Positions 56,486-64,000 of a stretch of DNA of 64,000 nucleotides are shown here, piece after piece. Under the pieces are notes generated by a model. That model worked only from the letters and a program-made list of their open reading frames with translations. It was not told the DNA's origin and ran no database searches. Source of the stretch: Candidatus Bathyarchaeia archaeon (GTDB taxonomy: Archaea; Thermoproteota; Bathyarchaeia; Bathyarchaeales; Bathycorpusculaceae). A program made the translations under genes and the position numbers. The stretch is taken from assembly GCA_049515895.1 (NCBI GenBank), contig JBEKTQ010000004.1, forward strand, positions 64,001-128,000. Reading direction: 5' to 3'. Within the stretch, counting starts at the first letter, position 1. Every line of letters begins with the position of its first letter.

Positions 56486-57727
56486 TTAAAGATCAAGATT
56501 TTTTGGTTTGTTCAGCGATTTTTCAAACTCATTTTCAATGTTCTCCTTTGGGCAGTCTTGTTTTACAATGCTTAGGGAGAGAATTGAAAAAACGGCAAAG
56601 GCCACACCTGAAGCCACGAAGACCGGCAGGTAGCCGAGGTATTGAGCGACGTATCCGGCGGATAGAACTGAGGCGAATTCGGCAAGTCTCGTGGGCACAT
56701 GAAGCCATCCTATGTCAACCGAGACTGCGGAATTGTTCTTGGTAACTTTAGCCACGATTGATTCAAAGAAGCCTATGCCAAGACCGCGTTGGACCGCCAG
56801 CGCAAGAAAAAATGCAAGGAAATAGAAGCCGGAATTTGCCAACAAGAAACTTGCCACTATACCGATTATGCTTTGGTAGACAGCTCGAGCGCGGTTGATA
56901 GGTTTCTTAAGGGTTATAAGCGTGACGAGGGCAGCAACGACGTTGTAGAGCATGAAGGCTACGCCGATTGAAAGATAATTGTACTTGAGCTGCTGATCCA
57001 TGAAAACAGGCAGAAGCAAGGTTATTAGCGGGTAAGTCGCGAGGCTGTAGAACAACAAAGCTATTGAGACTCGCCAGAAGGTTCGGTCTCTGCCTCTTGG
57101 GCTAAGCGAAATCGCTGATCTTGACTTTTTCTCCGTTTTCGGGGGCAATACTGATCGCTGTTTCCATAGGGCAAGCGCAGGAATGCCCATAGCCGCTGAA
57201 GCAAAGATTAAAACTAGTAGCGTTGACGAGAAGCCAATGTAGGCGATGCCTACGCCTGCGATCGCGCTTCCCCCTGCGGTAGAGAGCCATATTACGGCGT
57301 TGATTCTTGTGGCTTCATGTTCCTCCCGGTTTGGAGACAAAGAGAAAATGGCGGTTCGGTTAACAGCCCAGTACGAGGATTCCCTGAGTGCTTCCACTAT
57401 TTTGCCAATGAAGAACCCCGTGGTGGAACTCGCAAAGAAATATATCAGGGTGGAAAAGAAAGTCGTGGGCCAATTAATTAGGGCGAAAACGTGCCCCCAT
57501 CCGACGCGGTCAGCAAGAGCTGCGAACAACAGTCGCGCCGAAAGAAAAATCAGCGGATAAACAGAAAGCACTATGCCGATCTCCGCCACGTTAACATTGT
57601 GCTCCAACAGAAGCAGCGGAATTATCAGGGCGAGGGCTCCAGACACTAAGTAGGCGAAAGACGTATCCGCAATTACTCTCTTCATTAGAGCTCTCTCTGG
57701 GTTGTTAGCGTTCACTTCAGTGCTCAA
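56486..57727 (-). CDS. MFS transporter
   Basis: ~12 TMs; ALADRVGW motif A. Confidence 0.82.
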   Translation of the reverse strand: MSTEVNANNPERALMKRVIADTSFAYLVSGALALIIPLLLLEHNVNVAEIGIVLSVYPLIFLSARLLFAALADRVGWGHVFALINWPTTFFSTLIYFFASSTTGFFIGKIVEALRESSYWAVNRTAIFSLSPNREEHEATRINAVIWLSTAGGSAIAGVGIAYIGFSSTLLVLIFASAAMGIPALALWKQRSVLPPKTEKKSRSAISLSPRGRDRTFWRVSIALLFYSLATYPLITLLLPVFMDQQLKYNYLSIGVAFMLYNVVAALVTLITLKKPINRARAVYQSIIGIVASFLLANSGFYFLAFFLALAVQRGLGIGFFESIVAKVTKNNSAVSVDIGWLHVPTRLAEFASVLSAGYVAQYLGYLPVFVASGVAFAVFSILSLSIVKQDCPKENIENEFEKSLNKPKNLDL

Positions 57728-57795
57728 ACTTTTAAAGATTAATGGTTTCAGAGTGCAGGTTTTTCTTATCTTTGAGGATAGAATTCAGGAAAGAT

Positions 57796-60096
57796 TTATG
57801 AGGCCAAAAATTTTGACAAAGTGCTGATTGATTGACCGTTGACTGCGTCATGGATTGATTTTGTCGTGTAACCCTTAAAGCTCAATAGGTTAGCAGCTGA
57901 AGCGTAAAGCAGACGTAGATACTTCTTTGTGTCGGCATGCACGCCTTTTTCGATTAACTGCTCCGCCAGCACTCTTCTATGGTACCGTTTGTTTTCTGAA
58001 TCCGTAAAAACAAAAGCTAAGTTGTTACCCGCATGAACTTCCACGCCTTTCTTAACCAACTGTTCTGCCACTATCACCTGACTTACATGCTGCCTGTAAC
58101 TTTTAGGGTCCTTCGATAAGTGCTTAGTTATGATTAGATCCCAAACTGGGACCTCGCCGTCGATTAGTTTTTGCCGATAAGCCTTCACCACCTGTAAAGC
58201 AGCAGGGATTTTCTGCGTAAACTCTACTGAATTATTAGCGGAAGCCAGCACATTGATCATTTCCATCTGGAGGTCGTAGATGAAACGTGGCGTATCGCTT
58301 CGGCGCACTTCTAAACCTCTAACCTTTACTTTGCCGTTGTCCATGGCGCCGAAGTAACGGTTTAAAACACTGACACGTGGATGCATGGTTGAAGGCAAAA
58401 AAACAATCCATTTGTAGCGGCCCTCAAAATTGATGGGAACACCAATCTCGTCAGTAATCACCCTGCAAAGATTACGATACTCCTCCATGGTTGCGTTTTC
58501 TTTTTTAAGCCAGAGTGAATCCACGATGCCGTGAATAACCTCGAAGCCTTCGTCTTCAGCAATGTGCGTTGCTTTAAGAAAAGCTTCTCGGGCAAAGGCG
58601 CAAACGCCAATGTGCCCATCAACCGACCCGAACTTTGCGTTACTAAATCCCAAGTAGCCAAAGCAGGTGACTAGTATCCATTTTAACGCTGTCTGGCGTT
58701 TGTCGCATACTTGCTTAAGCGTTTTATCAGACGTTTCGTCCCTTAACCGTTTATAGCTGAGTCGTTTGGTTAATGCCAACTTGACTGTTTTCGGAACCAT
58801 GCCGACGCGTTTTGTACAAATATGATAATTCAAGTCGGGAATCCTAATTGGGGAATCGGGGCAGCATTTACAAAGCACTGTTTCAGCTGAAATATTGTAT
58901 TTCGCCATTAAGCTTGGGTACATAGAAGAAAAATCTACCTCTCCGATTGAATCGTGCAACCCCAAGCGCGGCTCAAAAACGAGGCCTCCACGGTCGCCGA
59001 CAAGCAGGTCAAGGGCTGATTTGAAGGCTTCAGGAATTTTCTTGTTCCTCGGCAGCAGAATGTCATCTTGCATGGCTTGATAGTACTGGATAGAAGACAT
59101 GCTTGAACCGATTGAGAAGCGTGCAGCCGTGTGCAGGGGGACTCTGCAGGTTCGCGCTATTTCGATTAAGCCGTCAAAACCTGACTCCGTCATGATGAAG
59201 GTATTGTTTTGGTCAATGTGGATTCTGCCATATAACCGAACGGTACTTGCTCTGTAAAACGTATGCCCGTACGAAAAGAAAGTTTTACCGGACGCATTTT
59301 TCCGACTAAAAGACTTGTTTTCCCTGCTCAAAACGAACTGATCTATAACGTTGTTCACTGTTGCTCTACGAATCAGGTAGGGAAAAAGGTACGAGTCACC
59401 AGACTGGGTTAAAATTATGTCTGGATCTAACTTGTTTACAGCGTAGACAAGCTGCAGCAGCTTAGTAGCTTCATCACCATAGTCAATCGCAATCTCGTCT
59501 TCGCCATCCTGCTTTAAGGTGATACTGCGGATTTCATCATCGAAACCTGCAACGATGCCTGTTTTAGCAACATCCACCTCGAGCCTTAACACACGAAGCT
59601 GTGGAATAACGTAATCTATGCTTTCAACCGAATCCAAAAGCGCATAATCCAAGCCTGATTTCCCATATTTAACTTCCATATAGGCAAGCGGGAACAAGCC
59701 TCGGCTGAAAAGATACGAACGGTCATTTTGAATGTCGCAGTTATGAAGTTCATAACGTAGATAGTCGCCCATCCTTAAGATTTCAAGCGTTAACCCTCGA
59801 ATCGCCCTACAATCCTTAACAGTTACTTCCAGCACCGTAGATTTTTCAGCATCTGTGGCTTGAGCGTATTTCTGTACGAACCGCACTGAAGCGATTTTCT
59901 GGTTATTGTACAGTCTGCTGATTAACGTTTCAAGTTCATCTTTTCTGCCTGAAACATAGATACACGGCTGAAACTTGTCAGTCAGCTTGATTCTTTCGCC
60001 TTTTTCGGTTATTACCCAGACAGCAACTTTGCCAAAGTCGGAGGGGTAAACATCAAGCAGCCAACCTCTAATTACTCGTGGGTCTTCCAGCAGCAT
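57796..60096 (-). CDS. Family B DNA polymerase, PolB2 group
   Basis: DFSSMYPS, KWILVTCFGY, HGIVDSLW in place of YGDTDS, KVRGLEVRRSD; degenerate exonuclease motifs. Confidence 0.9.
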   Translation of the reverse strand: MLLEDPRVIRGWLLDVYPSDFGKVAVWVITEKGERIKLTDKFQPCIYVSGRKDELETLISRLYNNQKIASVRFVQKYAQATDAEKSTVLEVTVKDCRAIRGLTLEILRMGDYLRYELHNCDIQNDRSYLFSRGLFPLAYMEVKYGKSGLDYALLDSVESIDYVIPQLRVLRLEVDVAKTGIVAGFDDEIRSITLKQDGEDEIAIDYGDEATKLLQLVYAVNKLDPDIILTQSGDSYLFPYLIRRATVNNVIDQFVLSRENKSFSRKNASGKTFFSYGHTFYRASTVRLYGRIHIDQNNTFIMTESGFDGLIEIARTCRVPLHTAARFSIGSSMSSIQYYQAMQDDILLPRNKKIPEAFKSALDLLVGDRGGLVFEPRLGLHDSIGEVDFSSMYPSLMAKYNISAETVLCKCCPDSPIRIPDLNYHICTKRVGMVPKTVKLALTKRLSYKRLRDETSDKTLKQVCDKRQTALKWILVTCFGYLGFSNAKFGSVDGHIGVCAFAREAFLKATHIAEDEGFEVIHGIVDSLWLKKENATMEEYRNLCRVITDEIGVPINFEGRYKWIVFLPSTMHPRVSVLNRYFGAMDNGKVKVRGLEVRRSDTPRFIYDLQMEMINVLASANNSVEFTQKIPAALQVVKAYRQKLIDGEVPVWDLIITKHLSKDPKSYRQHVSQVIVAEQLVKKGVEVHAGNNLAFVFTDSENKRYHRRVLAEQLIEKGVHADTKKYLRLLYASAANLLSFKGYTTKSIHDAVNGQSISTLSKFLAS

Positions 60097-60334
60097 CTAA
60101 AGCCTTCTTTAAACGCGTAATCTGCTTCTGCTGTGACACCAGAATTGAAAGGACCATCGGCTCAAAAAGTACAGGTTGAGTAGCATTGCTTCCAGCGGAA
60201 GCGTAGTTTCGGCAAGCATCCATTAAAGCTTCAAAGGCTTCTTTATCTTCGGTTCTCAGCGCTTTTGCAAAGCCGTTCCACCTGCGGATTTCATCCTCTA
60301 TCGCCATGCGGTAGGATTCAACTGTCTTGCCCAT
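60068..60334 (-). CDS. Small PolB2-associated protein (arCOG07300-like)
   Basis: MGKTVESYR...W..FAKALR.EDKEAF; overlaps the polB2 start. Confidence 0.78.
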   Translation of the reverse strand: MGKTVESYRMAIEDEIRRWNGFAKALRTEDKEAFEALMDACRNYASAGSNATQPVLFEPMVLSILVSQQKQITRLKKALDAAGRPTSN

Positions 60335-60553
60335 TAGACAGCCGCCTCTAAGGATAATTTTACTTTATTCATTCTCTTACTTCTCCCATTGTTGAAGGGC
60401 AGGAAAAAAAGCTGATTAAACTTTTAAACTATCACTTCAAACGACATTACAGAGCAGTAGAGGGTAAACTGAAAGTGATAAGGTATCTTCAAAAACTAAA
60501 AGGATTAAAAACGCAGTTACAGGCTTCAAATTGACAACAACTAACGGCCAGTT

Positions 60554-61030
60554 TCAGAGTCGCTTGGTCATCACGTAAGCATCTTCCCCGTCTGAGTAAT
60601 AACCATTTAAGGTTCGGGTAATTTCAAACCCAAGCTTCTTGTAAAGCGAAATTGCAGTGTCGTTAGTGACTCTGACTTCAAGGAAGCATTGTTTTGCCTT
60701 GTAGTATTCCATGCCTTCCAATGCCTTACTGACGAGTGCCTTGGCGATTCCTTTTCGCCTGTGCTGCGGCATAACTGCAATAGATACAACATGTCCCTTC
60801 CTGATCAAGCCGCCGAAACCGAAATTTGACAAGCCGACTTCTATGCGGCACATAATGTAACCAGCTATTTCACCGTTTTCTTCCGCCACAATGAATGTTT
60901 CCGGAAACCTCTGGTGCAAATCAACAAAAAAGAAGTCAGTGTAATTTTCTGGTAGACAGACACGGTTTACCTGCATTACATTTTGCAAGTCGCCAGGGGT
61001 GAATTTGCGAAGATTGAATGTCTGCTGCAT
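60554..61030 (-). CDS. rimI: N-terminal protein acetyltransferase (Ard1/RimI)
   Basis: LPENY, GHVVSIAV..HRRKGIA, LEVRVTN, YYSDGEDAYVM. Confidence 0.9.
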   Translation of the reverse strand: MQQTFNLRKFTPGDLQNVMQVNRVCLPENYTDFFFVDLHQRFPETFIVAEENGEIAGYIMCRIEVGLSNFGFGGLIRKGHVVSIAVMPQHRRKGIAKALVSKALEGMEYYKAKQCFLEVRVTNDTAISLYKKLGFEITRTLNGYYSDGEDAYVMTKRL

Positions 61031-61123
61031 TATTCCGCCTTCTTAAAGGAGATTTCCCCTTTTAAACTTAAAGGTTGCGCTTTGGCATTCAACAACTGCA
61101 TTTTTGGCTTCAAGGCAAATGCA

Positions 61124-62407
61124 TTAAGCCTTTATTTCTTCAGGAGCCTTGAACACTGGCAACGTGTAGCTGCCTTGGGGTACGGCCCAAACTCTCGAGG
61201 CAGAACCAGCTGTCTTAAACGCTTCAGCCAACGCATCGTTTACGGCGCGGGCGGTCTTTAGCTTGAATATACTTGTCGCATAATAGTCAGGCAATGAAGA
61301 AACCAGTATTATTTGATGGTTTTGAAGCGCTTTCAAGAGGTAGTACGCTTTGTGTCCGCCTAAAACAAAGTTACGCTTAATCTCGCGCTCAACATTTTTC
61401 AAATCGCCTAAACGGCTCATCCAATCGTAAAACACTTGATTCCCATGCCCTTCGGGGCATTCAGCCACCAAAATTATGACACCTCCACGTTTCACGGCAT
61501 CCAAAACGTTATCCAACGCTTTGTAAGCTTGATAGAGGTTCATATCTGCCGGGTAGCCACCTGCGCTTACCACCAAAATGTCTGCTCTGCGATCCACTGT
61601 TACACGGTACATTTCATTAACCAGTTTAACGGCTTCCAAGAACGCCTGCTCTACGTCTCCAGCGAAGGCTTTTACGATTTCACGCTTCTTGTTTTCAACC
61701 ACGTTCACTATAAAATCAACCTTTGCAAGCCGAGCTGCCTCAGTCATGTCCCGATGAACTGGATTGTCTTCTAAGTTTCCCGTCCGCGAGTTTGCGTGCA
61801 GTAGCAAAGAGTGGTTCTGCTTGATGGTTTCTTCGCCGCACACAGCTGGCAAAACGCTTTTTCTTCCGCCTCCATAACCTGCATAATAATGAAAGCCAAC
61901 ATCGCCTAAAAGCACCTTTACATCTGCCTCGGCAAACACTCGATTAACAAGCACTTTATTGCCATGCGTCTTAGTCGTACCAACATGCACCAAATCTGTA
62001 GCACGACAATCATGACTGATGACCTTCACTCTTCTCAAAGCCTCAGCGCCGAGCAATACAGCGGCTTCCTCAGGCTTAACTGCACGGTGTGTGCCACAGC
62101 CAAAAATAACCGTTACATTCTCATCTTTTACGCCGGCAGCATTCAACTCGGAGAGCACTGGCGGCAGCATTATTTCACTTGGCGACTTGCGAGTTCCATC
62201 GTCAACCACAATGGCAACCTTGCTCTCAGGCTTGGCAATTTCGCTTAAACGCTTTGAGCCGATGGGCTCCTTTAATGCTCGTTCAACCTCAGTCTTAGCA
62301 TCCGGTGCTCCAAGGCGGTCGGCAGGCTCTATTGTGCCAAGCAGGTTTCGGGCTGGGATTCGGACGCACACATCGGTTTTTCCGTAGGGAAGCCAAACAT
62401 CGACCAT
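61124..62407 (-). CDS. larA: Nickel-pincer-dependent lactate racemase family protein
   Basis: DDGTR, GTHR, FHYYAGYGGGRKS, GGYPAD.NLYQ..K, ECPEG. Confidence 0.88.
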   Translation of the reverse strand: MVDVWLPYGKTDVCVRIPARNLLGTIEPADRLGAPDAKTEVERALKEPIGSKRLSEIAKPESKVAIVVDDGTRKSPSEIMLPPVLSELNAAGVKDENVTVIFGCGTHRAVKPEEAAVLLGAEALRRVKVISHDCRATDLVHVGTTKTHGNKVLVNRVFAEADVKVLLGDVGFHYYAGYGGGRKSVLPAVCGEETIKQNHSLLLHANSRTGNLEDNPVHRDMTEAARLAKVDFIVNVVENKKREIVKAFAGDVEQAFLEAVKLVNEMYRVTVDRRADILVVSAGGYPADMNLYQAYKALDNVLDAVKRGGVIILVAECPEGHGNQVFYDWMSRLGDLKNVEREIKRNFVLGGHKAYYLLKALQNHQIILVSSLPDYYATSIFKLKTARAVNDALAEAFKTAGSASRVWAVPQGSYTLPVFKAPEEIKA

Positions 62408-62712
62408 GAATAGTCACGTATTGAAATGTACTCAACATAGGAAGCTTTTAAGCCTTATCAAAACAGAGAGAAAAAGAAAACCGTGGTCGTTTAATCGTCG
62501 TCGCATGTGAGGTTTGCCTTATATCACAAAAGCGGTTAGCCAAGGCAAACGCCACCTGTTGCTATTTCCAACTAAGCATTAATAGAAGCGAAGAAGAAAC
62601 AGATTGCGAATAGCGAGTTGGTGATTGCTATAGTACAACAACAAACCTATTTAAGAATAAAAAAGAATTTCTAATTGAATAGAAAAGGTTCTTGAAAAAG
62701 GAGAGTTTTTGT

Positions 62713-63045
62713 ATGCTTGATGGTTTTGAATGGCTTATAGTCGGAGCTATTGCTATAGTCGTAATTCTTTGGGGTCCATCGAAGATCCCCGAGTTTGCTA
62801 AAGCACTAGGTAGAGCTAAAGGCGAATTCAACAAGGCGCAAGACGAATTCAAACAGGCAGCAAGCGAAACACCGGCGCAGAAGGCAGTCTCCAACTTTAT
62901 CGCACCCCCTCCGCCTCCATTGAAGAGCAGAGACGAAGTTTTGATTGACGCAGCCAGAAGTCTAGGAATATCAACGGAAGGCAAAACCAGGGAACAGATT
63001 TCTGAAGAGATTTCATTAAAGGCCAAACTGCTGAACGCTGATTGA
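62713..63045 (+). CDS. tatA: Twin-arginine translocase TatA/TatE-family subunit
   Basis: EWLIV..VILWGPSKIPEFAKALGRAKGEF; archaeal-type LGI.TEGKT tail. Confidence 0.82.
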   Translation: MLDGFEWLIVGAIAIVVILWGPSKIPEFAKALGRAKGEFNKAQDEFKQAASETPAQKAVSNFIAPPPPPLKSRDEVLIDAARSLGISTEGKTREQISEEISLKAKLLNAD

Positions 63046-63515
63046 TTAGGATTAGCTTCACTCTTTTTTTGATAAACAATTAGTGGAAACATTGAAAAAA
63101 AATGTTTTTGGCGCTCTTTCGTTTTTGTCAGATAATGAAGGTTCTGGCTTATAGAAAACGTAAATAAGCCTGATTGGTTTCCTAAAGTTTTGGACGATGA
63201 GAAAATCGAGGTACGATGAAGCGGAAGGCGGGGAAATTAAGCCGGAAGCTAGTGAAGTCTTTTTCCGCTATTGAGTCCAAAGCCAAACAAACTTGTGGTA
63301 AGAAACAAGATGGTGCAAACTCAATAAGCTTGAACTGGAATCCGCTTTTACAAAAAAATGCAGATAAAAGGTCCCTCGCCAGCACAGAATAGGTTTCAAA
63401 AATCCGCAAAAATGGATGTGGCGCATGCATCTGCTGCCTCACATCTTTATCGCAGTGGTTTTGCGAGAGAAAACCTTTATTTTCTGAAACGAGAGAAATT
63501 TAAATGTGAAGAAGT

Positions 63516-64000
63516 ATGCTTGTGGGCGCAATTTCAGATACTCATGATAACCTGCCTCAAGTTGAGAAAGCAGTGAAGTATCTTAACGAGCAGAAAGTAG
63601 GCTTGGTGTTTCATGCTGGTGACTACGTTGCAGGCTTCGTTATCCCTAAATTCAAACTGTTAAACTGCAAACTCATCGGGGTATTCGGTAACAACGACGG
63701 AGACCATGAACTTCTGAAGAAAAGGTTCAGCGAAACCAACAACTGCACAATCCACGAACGATTCACACAAGTAGAGGTGGAGGGCTGCAGAATTGCTCTG
63801 CTGCATGGGCACGAAGGTGAACTGCTTGATGCCATAATCGACAGCGGGTACTTCGATATCGTCATCCACGGTCATTCTCATAATAGAAGCATCGAGAAAA
63901 AGGGGAAAACGCTCGCCGTCAACCCAGGGGAAGTCTGCGGGTACCTCACTGGGAAATGCACCCTGGCCATTTTGAACACCGCTAAGAATGAAGCAGAAAT
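63516..64000 (+). CDS. YfcE/MJ0936-family metallophosphoesterase (3' truncated by window edge)
   Basis: ISDTHDN, HAGDY, GNNDG, LLHG, HGHSH, NPGE. Confidence 0.88.
   Translation, partial: MLVGAISDTHDNLPQVEKAVKYLNEQKVGLVFHAGDYVAGFVIPKFKLLNCKLIGVFGNNDGDHELLKKRFSETNNCTIHERFTQVEVEGCRIALLHGHEGELLDAIIDSGYFDIVIHGHSHNRSIEKKGKTLAVNPGEVCGYLTGKCTLAILNTAKNEAE

Noticed and set aside
62408-63515. Additional short ORFs around tatA (62628-63092 minus, 63182-63442, 63358-63576)
   Set aside because: Antisense to tatA or lacking motifs and clear initiation signals.
1-64000. Many 60-170 aa ORFs overlapping the called genes; rRNA, IS elements
   Set aside because: Overlapping ORFs are shadow frames of well-supported genes; no rRNA or transposase signature was recognised.

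Overview
Archaeal chromosomal segment, most consistent with Bathyarchaeia (an inference from gene content: tandem PQQ-like beta-propeller surface proteins, a PEF-CTERM protein, AOR/IOR, PolB2). 0.5-22 kb: aryl-acid/amino-acid metabolism neighbourhood (Liv-type ABC transporter, ACT protein, PaaI, PaaK, IorAB, AOR with its 4x[4Fe-4S] subunit, MoaD). The IorA here carries an in-frame insertion of a complete 16-Cys ferredoxin that is a close paralog of the nearby AOR electron-transfer subunit. 23-46 kb: housekeeping and transport genes, a clear TPP riboswitch ahead of thiT plus an AIR-synthase-family gene, a non-coding array of nine TGAC motifs phased at exactly 10 bp, aguBA, and two large surface-protein paralogs. 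49.6-56.3 kb: a 6.6-kb element integrated in tRNA-Arg(TCT), with 43-bp att repeats, an SSV1/pTN3-type split integrase whose N-terminal part looks like an RHH/CcdA-type domain, a second minimal tyrosine recombinase with an adjacent dif-like 11-6-11 site, a truncated replication gene, and the remnant Int(N) of an earlier element integrated in tandem. Right end: MFS, PolB2 with its small partner, RimI/Ard1, LarA, TatA and a partial phosphoesterase. All calls come from reading the sequence by eye; no database searches were run.
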